Assembly: GCA_030141605.1 (NCBI GenBank)
Contig: JAQGDQ010000052.1
Location: 248,001 to 312,000 of the forward strand
Reading direction: 5' to 3'
From: Tubiluchus corallicola
Taxonomy: Eukaryota > Animalia > Priapulida
DNA: 64,000 bases
A program made the translations under genes and the position numbers. Below the pieces are notes generated by a model. The model did no database searches. It saw only the letters and a list, made by a program, of their open reading frames with translations, and was not told the origin of the DNA. This document shows, piece after piece, positions 13,401 through 60,067 of this stretch (the first letter of the stretch is position 1; each line of letters opens with the position of its first letter).

Positions 13401-16400
13401 AAAAATAGAGAAACAAAGTAAACGAACAAAGTGATACTGTTACAATCCACCTTTGGACTTCTGACATACGTCCAATAGGTTTTGTTTGAAAAAATAACAA
13501 CAACACTGAAAGTAAAAAAGCAAATTTTGCTTTTTGTTGTTGTTTTTATTTTGTATCAAAATGTGACTTAGGTACTTGTTCCAGCAAGCTCTTCAAATAC
13601 ATATTAAGCTTATTGTATATTAATGCTTTAACTGTGTTTTCTTGTAATCTTATAATAGAATGCTTTGCTAAACAAGTTGAATTGGCACTAAGAATTATAT
13701 CATTTCATTCTCTAGAATGAAAAAGGAATGAAGACGATCGTAAATAGCAGAGTGGTCATTGTCATGTGCTTTTTGACTGAAATTTAGCAGTGTCAAGGCA
13801 AATATGTGACTGGATGGGTTACTGCTAAGAGTAGCTCTGGGTAGTTTCATTTGCCGTGTTGATTTTGGTTATTTATCCCTTAAAGGGGATTTGTAAACAT
13901 CCCAAGATGGCTAAAATATCTTTGCTGGCTTGTCTTAAAGGCTTAGTTTTGATATTGAGCAAAGCTTCAATCTTGATATGAATGTCGGTGCTGAAAAGAC
14001 ATGGCACTGAAAGCTAGAGTCGAGCTTTTGGAACAATAAGGGTTCTTTGTGTACATTTCAAGTGAGTTTATTAACAGAAAAAATCAGTAGACACATATTA
14101 ACTCGTGTATATATGTCATGCTGTGTAATGTTTTAAGTTTTTCCAATTCTTGCACAAGCAGTGCTTTTTAAGCATGTAGAACTAACATGAAAACTTGTAA
14201 GTAGATATTATTTCTTAGTTGTATTTGCACCTGAAGATTAATTCTCTTCCTAGTTGGGAAATGTAGATGCAGACAAGTTTTTCACTACAGTGACTAATGA
14301 CATAGATGCCTAACCTGTAATGGCTGGTTAGGGGTGTCTTAGCAGAAAAGACGGTTTTGCTTTAATAAGCTTTTTAAAATAATGGAAAACTCTAAGGAAG
14401 ATTAAACTGTAGTGTAAGAAAACGAAAATGGGTAAAATATATGTAGTCACTGGACAGGTTTGAGCACTATAAATAACAATGAGCAAATTTATAATGTTTT
14501 TTATATGAATTTGTATTGAAATAGACCATATATCAGATTTTTGTAGGTACATAACAGTTTGTTTACTGTGGGAATGATAAATAGTGACCACTGTATTGTG
14601 CCAAACTCAAGCCCATAAGCTGTTTGCAAAGTTTTATTTTTGTATGTTGTTTTAGATTGTCAATTTTCTAAACGATCTTTACACTTGCTTTGATTCAATC
14701 ATCGGAAACTATGATGTGTATAAAGTTGAGACAATTGGTAGGTATTGGAAGTGCTTTTTTATTTTGTTTTTATATATTTTGACCAATGCTTGTTCAGTTG
14801 ACCTGCTGTGGTTGCATGTGATGAGCGTACCCCTTTTATTCCTTCTCGTTAACTCTTATATGGTTGTTGATGTCATCAATGACATTAGTTGTTGAAAAAC
14901 AAGGTGCATTGGAAAACAAGAAAACAAGATCAAGTGATATAATGTAGTTTGCGTGAGAATTATGATCAGAACAGTGAGCTTCACTATACTCATAAACTTT
15001 CTTAAAAGATAATTTGTAAACAGCTAAGTTACTTGTTTAGCTACTTCAGTTTTTGTTTTACCCACATAAACACGGTCTTGTTGACTAATATTTCAGTGAT
15101 TCTGTTTACTGTTTGCTCATTTTATGCTAATATGCTAAAATTTGTAGGCCATGATGCAGTTGTATCATGTTTTCTAATGATTTGAGAAATCATCGCAAAA
15201 CATTCTTTCATACTAATTAGGAAGGTATTCTAGGTGATGCATACATGGTTGTGAGTGGTTTACCCATTAGGAATGGTAATAAACATGCCGGTGAAATTGC
15301 ATCTATGTCTCTACAATTGCTAAAGGCTATACAGAAGTTTACAATCCGGCATCGTCCCAACGACACCCTGAAGTTGCGCATTGGAATGCATTCAGGTAAG
15401 ACTGAGGCACAAGTTTTTGGCAGCCTTCCAAGTTTTATTTTTTAGGACTACTTACGTATTATGTTGTAAAAACTAAAGCCATTCACCACGAATTTGCAGT
15501 TTCACATTTATTTAAACCTTGTCTTATAATTAAAGTAATTGACTACAATTTCGTGTAGGTTTAGTGAAAGAGCATCATTATGTAAGCAAAGTCAGCTGAT
15601 CTATGCATTGTAAAAATGCATCGATAATGTTATACAAACAGCAGTCAAATGACTACAGTTTTGATAATGCACAAAAACAGTCGTGGTCTGTTAATAACGA
15701 ATCTTTATTGTTGACAGGTTTCATTAATGCGCATAGGTTTAATAAAACAGGATTGATGGGTGAGGTCTAACGTATACTTGAATGTAGGTTAATGTGACAT
15801 CTGAATGAAATTCAGTGAATTAGTCAACTGAAGAGCATGAAAAAAATGAAGATTATGAATGTCGCAATCCTCTTAGATGGTGTAGTCCTTGGAGAAGCAT
15901 AATGTTCCTAGCTCAGCCTAATAAAACTTTTTGTAAATGAGCTAATAATCCAAAATGTTAAACTAGAAATGATTAATATTATTTTAAGTTTTTGATGAAT
16001 CTCGTTGCCTACTATGTAATTAAAAGCAGTTATTGATGAGAATATAATAACTTGGAATTAACCTCAACAAAGTAACAGAGTAATTATTTTAATAAGCTAA
16101 ATCTGAACTCTGTAAACTAAGTAATCTGTCCAGCACCTATTATATGCTCACAGAGTTTTGCCTTGTTTCAGGTCCTGTTGTAGCTGGTGTAGTTGGCTTA
16201 AAAATGCCACGTTATTGCTTGTTTGGTGACACTGTCAATACAGCATCGAGAATGGAGTCGAATGGCTCGCGTAAGTTGCATTTTGTTAAATGAAATTCAC
16301 TCATAGAGTACTATTGGAAAATCCTGCTTTCCCCAAACATCCAGAACTTTTCTTAGTTCAGATCTTTGACAGTCAAAATTTGCTGGCATTCAGCTGCTTG

Positions 16401-18287
16401 ATCAATTAAGCTTATTAATGTGGAATACGGCTAGGATCCTTTTATCTGTAAGAGGTTCATTTCATTTATGCTGTGTTCATAGGTAAGGTAAAGTAAGGAG
16501 GATTACAACATTTTTCGCCCTATTCTTTTTAACACATTAGCCGAATGGAGTTTTATAGAATGGATAAGAAGTAATTTTATTTTTGACGGATATAAATTTA
16601 TCCACTATTTTGATAAATAAAATTTAAGCTTTAATACGCTAATTCAGTGTCTTTTAAATGTAAGCAAACTTAAAATATTCATTCATGGGAAAAAACTAGT
16701 ACGTATTGTAAAACGTTTTATAACTTTTACTTTGAACTTTATTTTGTATGGTTGAACATTTAGTAATTAGCTGGTTTTCAAAGTGATTCAGACGAAATTT
16801 TGCAGATTTTTTTTAAAAATTGTTTTGCTGATTTGCAGAGAATTAATTTTCTTTCAGAAAATGTGTACTTTTACTTTACATATTGCATGTAATGCAAGTG
16901 CTGTTAGCAATTTTTGTACGTGCCTGTCAGTACTGTTTTTATTGATAGTCAGAAGGTGTTATTGTAGGTTAAGAATAAGAATTTATTATGCTTTTGTCAT
17001 TGTTAAAATTTTCGAATTTTTTACAGCTTTAAAGATTCACTGCAGTGAAGCCTGCAAGGAGCTGTTAGATATACTAGGTGGATATGAAATTGCGCATCGT
17101 GGGAAAGTGAACATTAAAGTAATTGCTTTCATTACATTGCATTCTAACCAGATTATTAAATGCCATTTTCCTTGGATTCTTACTGCACCCCTCAATCACC
17201 TAGTCTCGTTCAGTTCTTTCAAATTATGCTTCTACAAAATAACAGTTTTACAGTTTAAATTTGTGAAAGTGGTTAACAGTGGAATTCCATGATGAAATGC
17301 TTGAAATAAAAAAAAAACAGAACCGAATTACGCAGAATCTACTGTAGGTGAAAAGTATTCTGTGGGCATGAAACAAAAACTAGTTAGGCCTATTCTAGAT
17401 TAATTAACCATAACAGATTAAACTACAGTATTATCGGTTTCCACCTAAAACAAGTGAGTGCTTAATTAAGCTACAGCAGACTACTTGCCTGCAGGACAGT
17501 CTGTCCAGCAGATTGCACATTAACAGACACCATGTAGTCGGATGATACACCCCTGCGTATTCTTTGACAGGCTCTTTTTATGGTTTTTCATGAAACAATC
17601 ATTTTATGAAATGAAATTGTTTTTCATCATACAGTTATATGGAAGCTAATTGTAGAAAATGAAGAAAGTATTGCAGTTACTTGTAGATATATATTGGACA
17701 TGCAAACTAAAAAGGGTATTTTGTTATTTATTGTGTAGGGTAAGGGAGAGATGCCAACATATTGGGTGGTTGGAGAAGATGAGAGCGTACGATTGCATCG
17801 TCTTCAACCGTTCCTCCATCAGTGTGGATTCCTTCACAGCATCTCTCAGAGAAGCTCTGATTCTTCGTTAGTTTATTCGCTATCATCATCCCCACCTTGC
17901 TTACGAAAATTTCCTGGCATGAGTCCAACGAGGTTACCAAATGGAGACTTAGGTAAAGGTATGCGTAATGTGCATACATGCGAAGCACTCGACAACCCAC
18001 CAAACAAACACCCAGGACTTACCTCATCCCACAGCTTGACGAAGATTGACACACAGAGAAAACGCGTGGGATTTTCCGACGATACCGCTGTGGATACATC
18101 TCACAGTAATAAGAAGGGACATGGGCGAGCTGCCCCTGTGAAAGTCAGAGTCAAGCAGATTGGCGATAAATTTGTGACAACAAAGTTAAAAGTTGGTAAA
18201 GGACAATCTGTTAATCATGATTATGATGTTGTTCCTCTAAATGATGATAATATTAGGTTAAGCCCAGATAGGGAAAGTATTGTATGA
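1271..18287 (+). CDS. Receptor guanylyl cyclase gene A (5'-partial; KHD, hinge, cyclase, C-terminal tail), Gyc76C/NPR-like
   Basis: join(1271..1450,2051..2155,2865..2936,6499..6661,8818..8967,9882..10062,10460..10600,11335..11458,14656..14737,15234..15395,16172..16270,17027..17118,17739..18287) = 2100 nt, in frame, all GT-AG. Motifs [78 protein letters not shown]. Confidence 0.95.
2051..2155 (+). CDS. rGC gene A exon (KHD)
   Basis: [39 protein letters not shown] flanks. Confidence 0.93.
2865..2936 (+). CDS. rGC gene A exon (KHD)
   Basis: [24 protein letters not shown]|gtaagt. Confidence 0.93.
6499..6661 (+). CDS. rGC gene A exon (KHD)
   Basis: [40 protein letters not shown]...|gtaagt. Confidence 0.95.
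7791..8781. mobile_element. Foldback-type element (modular TTTGGTAC/GTACCAAA arms), copy 1
   Basis: ~20-bp-period TTTGGTAC units at left, inverted GTACCAAA units at right, trinucleotide low-complexity core at ~8120-8520; homologous to 41459-42445 in the opposite orientation. Confidence 0.7.
8818..8967 (+). CDS. rGC gene A exon (KHD)
   Basis: [42 protein letters not shown]...|gtaag. Confidence 0.95.
9882..10062 (+). CDS. rGC gene A exon (KHD end)
   Basis: [16 protein letters not shown]...[28 protein letters not shown]|gtaagt. Confidence 0.93.
10460..10600 (+). CDS. rGC gene A exon (hinge/coiled coil)
   Basis: [46 protein letters not shown]. Confidence 0.95.
11335..11458 (+). CDS. rGC gene A exon (cyclase)
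   Basis: [41 protein letters not shown]|gtgag. Confidence 0.95.
13054..13594. mobile_element. MITE with ~35-bp imperfect TIRs, possibly Sola-type
   Basis: GAGTAGTTTGCTGGAACAAGTAGCAAGTCACATT ... AATGTGACTTAGGTACTTGTTCCAGCAAGCTCTTC, with AAAT on both flanks. Confidence 0.65.
14656..14737 (+). CDS. rGC gene A exon (cyclase)
   Basis: [27 protein letters not shown](G). Confidence 0.95.
15234..15395 (+). CDS. rGC gene A exon (cyclase)
   Basis: [26 protein letters not shown]...LKLRIGMHS|gtaag. Confidence 0.95.
16172..16270 (+). CDS. rGC gene A exon (cyclase)
   Basis: [32 protein letters not shown]|gtaag. Confidence 0.96.
17027..17118 (+). CDS. rGC gene A exon (cyclase end)
   Basis: [30 protein letters not shown]. 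Confidence 0.93.
17739..18287 (+). CDS. rGC gene A last coding exon
   Basis: [13 protein letters not shown]...Ser-rich tail...SPDRESIV*. Confidence 0.9.
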   Translation, partial: GKGEMPTYWVVGEDESVRLHRLQPFLHQCGFLHSISQRSSDSSLVYSLSSSPPCLRKFPGMSPTRLPNGDLGKGMRNVHTCEALDNPPNKHPGLTSSHSLTKIDTQRKRVGFSDDTAVDTSHSNKKGHGRAAPVKVRVKQIGDKFVTTKLKVGKGQSVNHDYDVVPLNDDNIRLSPDRESIV

Positions 18288-19532
18288 TAAATGTGAATTT
18301 GAGTTACAGTTAGAACACATGTTGTCTCTTGTTTTGTTAGATTGAGGTATACTGTCTATCCATGTGTCTAGTATTATGTGTGCATATTTTGTTTTGGTTT
18401 ATCTGATTCAATATAACTTAGTAAACTGACTATGTTGTAAGCAAAAGTTGTTTTATAAGTAAATTGTTATGTTTTTTACTTTATGTAGTATCAGATTTGT
18501 ACCGTTTGTTTCATTCATCTCCTAAGCATTTTTTAAATCATTTCTTATGAAAAGAAGCTTATGAGGATAACTTTTTTTAAACAAAAAGATTTTTTAATAC
18601 AAAAGAACACGATCCCCCCAGCATGCACCCACCCACACATGCATGTACGCGGCGTACACACACGCACACAAAAATAAAAGCAAAACAAACAAGTGTGGTT
18701 ATAAGTAATTTTTGCATTTTGTGAGTTTATGATGAATTGAACTAGAATGTATAATATTTATTTTGCTTCCTTCATGTGTCCTTTCTTTCAAATCTCTGCT
18801 CCACATCATACTTATGATAATGTGTTGGTCAGCAGCTGTATCTGCATGTTAGATTTTGTGTAACTTCTGAAAAAATTTTTAATAGCAAGTACATTCTAAA
18901 ATAACATTATTATATGTAGCCTGTATTGCCATCATATGTAATAATTATGCTTCTAATCTGTCCGGTGATAAGTAATGCTAGGCAACATGACTGTAGTTGC
19001 TGTTATGTCACCCAGGTGCCACTAGATAAAAAGTTGTTAAAAATCTTCGATGAAGTTTGCACCAGCTGACCATTCATTTTGAATTAATACCAATATATCA
19101 TTTATTTTTTATTTAAATGTTACAGATTCAAGTTTTGTCAGTTACTATGGTCAGTTATTGGTCACACTATCTACATAAATGACGTATACTGTATTTTGTA
19201 TTATGACGAATTGGCCACATAGAACATACTTTTATAACTTATGAGCTTTTTATACCATTATTCTTGTTCTGGAAACACGTGGGATTTAGTTGCCAAAATA
19301 GATTGTTGAGTGTAATTAGAATTGTTTGCTGTTGCATTACTTGTGTTTATAAGCAAGAAAGTATAATTCATTGCTCGTGGTGAAGTGTGGCCTTACATGA
19401 TTGCCAAAGATTCAACTTGGTAATGTTATCTCAAAGTAAGGTATGGAGTTTTTTCTTTGACAAAGATCACCATTATTTGTTGCTTAGATCTTGTAAAATG
19501 TACATACGACAGATGAGTTTAAAAAATAGTTG

Positions 19533-19576
<44 letters not shown>

Positions 19577-19726
19577 ATTAGTAATTTTATCTGCATTACA
19601 GTAATATTAAGTTGTAAAGATATATTTCTGATTAATCACTGTTTTTGTTGTAATGGGCACAAAAGAGTAATAGTGTCAGTTTTTTACTATTTAGTTTAAC
19701 TATATATGAAGAGATATATTCTACTG

Positions 19727-19732
19727 AATAAA
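19727..19732 (+). promoter_or_regulatory. Candidate polyadenylation signal of gene A
   Basis: AATAAA ~1.45 kb after the stop, followed by T-rich sequence; other AATAAA hexamers also occur. Confidence 0.3.
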
Positions 19733-20389
19733 ATTTACATGTTATGCATTATTAGGTATTTTTACCTTTGTTTTATTGTATACTCACTGTATCACCTTGT
19801 ATCGATGTGAAATGTATCATATAGTACATTGTCAAATATATATTGAAAAATTAAACATTTAAAAAGTGTTATGTAAAATACTTTGTGATTTTTTTTTGCA
19901 TCATAGCTAGTACAATTAATAACAATTTGTACTAGTACAAGTCGATGTTACTTGTCAACCCTACATAACAGACAAAATTTTAAATACTTCATTATTATAG
20001 AATTGTTTCAGAGCTTTCCGAAAAGTCTAAATACCCTGGACTTAGCTGCAGCTCTAAGAACAAGAAAATTTACCGGTGTTGGCCCTTACCTATTCTATTT
20101 ATTCTGTTTTCTCTCACACTAGGTATTTGCAACACAAAACAGCAAAGACCATTTCAGCAGCTGAAATTAAATGACGGTGACGTTAGGATCCCTAAAAACT
20201 CAGAAGACCTTATTTAATTAATCACTGCATCTAGGACTTGTTAATGGCACAGGAAAAATGGTACCTAGTGGGTTAGGAGTTATTGTGGCGATAATTATGC
20301 TTGTTGTTTTTATCTCTGCAAAGAAAGTTGTGCTGCAGCACAGTTTGTTTGTTTGCTCGTTCATTTGTCTGTGAAAGTAGTAGGCCTCT

Positions 20390-20972
20390 TACGCAAAAAC
20401 TGAACAGACTTCCACAAACGTGATGGAGAAGGCGGGTATAGGGTATCAAAATAGACGTTTTTTGCCTGTTCTTTTTTTTTCGCAAAACTTGACCGAATAT
20501 GAAGCACTTCGTGGAGGTTTGAGAGGGAGAGTTATTGTGTACTTCTTTTTTATTATCGCCGCCAGAACATTCAACTACGAGTTAGTTTCAGGTGCCATTT
20601 CGAAAAATTCTCGCTTGGAAAACTGTGTACGGCTGTCTATAACCTTTGCTAGTTAATGTATATAGCCTTATAAACTGACTGTATGTAAATATACGTATGT
20701 ATGTCAGTCTATCACCATCGCCAAAATTAGTGGTTAGAGAAAATTAGATAAACACTATGTGCAATATTCTTGAATTATTGATTATATAATTCTATTTAAT
20801 GAACAAAATATTTTGTGAACCTTTTGCTAGTATGTATAATACTTATACAGGTACATTTTTGTATGTTTGCTTGTTTTTCTTTATTTTGTGTTTTTAATTA
20901 AAAGAATCAGACGAACAAATTTAGGATTTTTCGGCTTTGGCGAAGATTTGCTCCCTACTGAGTGCTTTCTAG
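20390..20972 (+). mobile_element. Cluster of Helitron/Helentron-like remnants
   Basis: Three CTAG-T ends (~20652, 20830, ~20971). The 20830 end follows the palindrome ACAAAATATTTTGT and resembles the end at 54802; TCGCCAAA/TTTGGCGA subterminal inverted pair at ~20718 and ~20936. Confidence 0.4.
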
Positions 20973-21239
20973 TTTTATTATAGAAATCAGTTGCATTAAA
21001 TAACACGTACCGTTTTTTCCGTGCTATTTTTACTTACTTTTCCATTTGTGCCATTTTTCCTGTGCCGTTTTACCGCGCACCGTCTTTCTCGGGTTGCTTC
21101 TGGGGGCGAAATCTAAAACTTACTACGCTGAGGAATGGCAGTTTGAACTTGAAATAGAGAAAGAATTCCAGTCAAACAAAATAAGGGAATGCCGTTCCCA
21201 CAGTATTAGGCCTACACTACTGTTTTAGGATTCTGTGTG

Positions 21240-21432
21240 ACAATGTTTGGTATTATGAAAACTTCTTTTATATAAACTACTGGAATAAGTTATATAACGG
21301 TCCATATTGTTACGTTTGTTTTTGTTTGGGTTTTTGTCTGTTTGTTATTTGTCATCATCGTTGTTCTGGCCATTGTTAATTTTGTTGCTGTTGTCATTAC
21401 TATTGTTGCTGTTGCTGCTGCTGCTTTGTTGT

Positions 21433-21466
<34 letters not shown>

Positions 21467-21730
21467 TATGGCCGCTGTTACTGTTATTATTATTGCTGAT
21501 GTACCAATAGATAGAGGTGGATGATGATGATGACAGTGATAGTGATGACAATAATGTTTATGATGGCAACGATGACGATGGCGATGATTATGGCAAAATG
21601 ACACTACTGCTGTTGTTGAGTGATTATGACAATTGTAGCAACAGCGAGAGGGACAGTGATAACTACTGCATACATAGTTACTGCTGGTGTGACACTAGTT
21701 GTAACATTTGCAGCACCTTTGATAATTACA
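21240..21730 (+). repeat. Partial copy of the foldback core with (TGT/TGC/GAT)n low-complexity tract
   Basis: AAGTTATATAACGGTCCATATTGTTACGTTTG matches 8098-8127 AAGTTATAGAGGTTCATATTGTTGCATTTG, then trinucleotide repeats. Confidence 0.6.
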
Positions 21731-22410
21731 ATGATATAAAATGAGTTCCGATTTTCTACAAATTGCTTGGCAAACTGGAATAGGTAATACTCAATTTTTA
21801 AATGTGGCAAAATTTTGCAAAGTGCAAATTTCTCTGAATGCTTGTTTAAAGTGTTTTGGAGATCTTTCAAAAAATGCGACCTGGATGACTGATGTTTTTG
21901 TGCACTCTTTGTTACTTGATGTGCTTATTGTTTCTTGTTTTAACTTGTGAGTAATTAATGAAAATGATAGTCATGATTTATGAAAGTGATACTCAGAGAA
22001 TGATCTTTAGTGAATATAAAACTACGCTGTGCCTACGCCTGGCCTAGGTGCGTCTGCGGTGATTTATTTTTCTGTATTGTTTGCATAATTACCTTTATCC
22101 TTAGTTTGTTTTCCCGTTGCTAAGGCCTAATTTTCGCATTGTTGTTCAAATTCGCATTCTTTCTGGCATGTTAATTTCGATCCGTAAGTATAGAATTTAC
22201 GATTTTTCGTCGACAATTCCAAAGGAAACAAAGAACTTCGAGGAATTTGAACGTGGAACATTGGTAAGTTACACGTACAGTAGTTATAAGATTTTGTACG
22301 TAATTTAAGAATTATTGTATGCAAATAAAATAGGTTAGGTAATTAAACAGATTTAGATAGTGCATGTAGCGGGCATGTTGATAAGATCAATTAGTTGATT
22401 GCAAGATCGC

Positions 22411-23500
22411 CAAAAAATTGCAAGAAAACGTTTCTTTGTTTTCTTGTAGTAGACGGTCCAGAGAACAAAAAAATCTAAAATTGACCGAAGTTTGAGCATC
22501 TAAATGGGTCTAATAATGGCGTCAAAAACATGGCCGCCATTGACCAAAATGAATGAGTATTTAGTCTAGCAGAATGGTGAAAAAATGCTCATTTTAAATA
22601 ACTATGGAAGTTTTTGCTGAATCGATCAAAGTGGTTTATTTACGATATTGCAGCAATGATCAGGCTGAAATAACAACAACAAAATAATTACATATAATAC
22701 TGCCATACCGCATAGAGCGTAAGTACAAATATAAATGTATCGAATTATACTAATTTAATAATTGTTCCTTTAATCACAAAAGTATAACTGCAAATAATAT
22801 ACCGTTCTAAATGTTAAACATCTGCTTAACGCTGCATGGAGTTCTTATAGTTAAACGTGCTAAAAATTGCCTCCTGGCAAACAGCAATACGGGTGCTCTT
22901 CATATGCTGAAATCTTCGAGATCCTCTACATTTTTGACTCAAAAGCATGAAACTTTGCAGAGTGCTAGAACCCGTAAAGGTGATTAATTTGGCTATAATT
23001 TTTTTTTGAAATTCATCCAGTATGGCCGCAATTTTTAAGATGGCCTGCAAAATGGCTGTTGTTAGCTTATCTATGCTTATATGTTGGTTGTCTGAGCAGA
23101 CAAGACAATGATTTTGGTGTCTAAATATAGGTTTTGACAGCGAAGGAATCCATATCTGATGCTTAAATGTCCCTAATAGCATTCTATTTCAAGATGGCTG
23201 CATTTGTAGTTCATCTTGAAATTGCGGCCATACTGGACGAACTTCGATTGACTTCATAACCAAATTAATCACCTTAACAGGTTCTAGCACTGTGCAAAGT
23301 TTCGTGCTTTTGAGTCACAATGAACATTTTTCACCATTCTGCTAGATTAAATACCCATTCATTTTGGTCAAATGGCGGCCATCTTTTTTGACGTTATAGT
23401 TAGACCCTTTCAGGTTCTCGAATTACGACCTATTTTGGATATGCTGTTTTCCAGACCAAATACTACAACAAGAAACCAAAAAACATTTTTTGCAACTTTT
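22411..23500. mobile_element. Long palindromic non-autonomous DNA element with an interrupted left arm
   Basis: 22411-22612 is the reverse complement of 23320-23500; 22935-23035 is the reverse complement of 23220-23317. Confidence 0.75.
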
Positions 23501-23950
23501 AAGGCTAGAACAATTTATTTCATTATATTGACTCTACTATAGGATTTATTTTCTTACGAACAGCGCCTTGATATAATATCACTGTTTTTGTAAGAAAGAG
23601 TTGTAACGCCACTCCTTTATTAGTTACTCTTTAACAGATGGCATTAAAGGTATGAGCCCCTATGCCTTAAGATACTGACTATGTAATGCTTGTGACTTAA
23701 GCCGGTAGAGATATATTTTTATACGGGTCTGTCGACAAATCCCGTGCGTGGATGTCTTTTTCGAAATATTATTTTTTATTTTTGACTTCTTTACATGACA
23801 TAGTGACGTAATACCTTATCCTGTTGACAACAATGCTGAGTGTAGAAACTTCGCTACGCACTCTGCAGCATTTGAAATATCTTTGTTTATTTGGAACTAT
23901 AAATTGCTGGAAATGGTTACGTGAAGTGTAATCTCTAAGTGTATCTAAAC

Positions 23951-24122
23951 GGGAATTAAAAATATTACTGAAGTTTAACATTAGTCGTAAGCATTATTCA
24001 TATGGCAGGAGGCCCAACTCTGTCCATCACGCGCACGGGAATTAAAAATATTACTGAAGTTTAACATTAGTCGTAAGCATTATTCATATGGCAGGAGGCC
24101 CAACTCTGTCCATCACGCGCAC
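23951..24122 (+). repeat. Perfect 86-bp tandem duplication
   Basis: GGGAATTAAAAATATT...CATCACGCGCAC occurs twice (23951 and 24037). Confidence 0.95.
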
Positions 24123-24904
24123 ATGTATGTTGGTTTTAGCCAGTTAAATGGTGATTTATTTGTGAAAGGCAGCAAAGTTTCTGATAATCTACTTGTCTCC
24201 CCAAATTGTGGTTGTGGTTATTATTTTGAAAACTCATTTTTTTAAATATTTTTTCCTAAAAATTATTATCAAGCGAGAGATGCTATGTTTAGGCAATTAA
24301 ATAACGCATTATTGCATTTAAATATTAATATTTTATAATACAGTACTACTGAATTGTTGTCATTGTATCTTTGTGAAAGTGATGATTTTAATTTTGTTGT
24401 AACTGTAAATTTTTTGATTGCATTCAGAATTAAAGTAGGAGTACTAAATGTTTTAATGTTATCAGACTTTAGGATCCCTTTTATATATTTATGATAAAAT
24501 ATTATTTAATAGTTATATTATTCATTGTGTTGCATCTGCTAACTTTGTTTTTGTTTATATGTCTTTGTTTATATGTATTTGTATGTTTATATTTATTTTT
24601 TTGCCCTTCTGCTTGTGCATATTTTTGCATGATGAGGATTCATGTATCAGTTTTAAAACCTGTCTAATCTGAACCAAATCAACTGTTTAATCAATATATG
24701 CCTTGGTACTTTTATAAGAATTCTGCACAATTCTGCGCAATATAATGCACAATTTTTTAACGAATAATGGTTAACACAAGCTTCTTCACAGCTACATAGA
24801 CGCACGTATTTCCAATAAAATTGCTGAAAATGTTTCAACTACAAACCCTCTTACTTTTTAGGTGCATCACTAAAACACGATAGGTTGAAGTTCTGGGTGA
24901 AGCA

Positions 24905-59837
<34,933 letters not shown>

Positions 59838-60061
59838 CGAAATCATTTGCGTCACTTCGCACCATATATTTTCTTTATTATTTACTTTAAATTTATTATG
59901 TTTACGCTATATTTTGTCATGTATATATAATGTACTTGTACATCTTTCTTTATCGTTCATTTAGTACTGCATGATATCAACATTTTATGTGTTAGTAAAT
60001 TCAACATTCCCAACGGATGTCACTAGATGGCACCTTTATATTATGTAGTATATGCATATCC

Positions 60062-60067
60062 AATAAA
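60062..60067 (+). promoter_or_regulatory. Candidate polyadenylation signal of gene B
   Basis: AATAAA ~225 nt after the stop. Confidence 0.35.

Noticed and set aside
13740-13830. Faint 5S rRNA/SINE3-like stretch (TGGATGGGTTACTGC)
   Set aside because: Too degenerate to call without an alignment.
21290-21744. PolyQ/polyL/polyD ORFs
   Set aside because: Low-complexity repeat open on both strands, with no coding signal.
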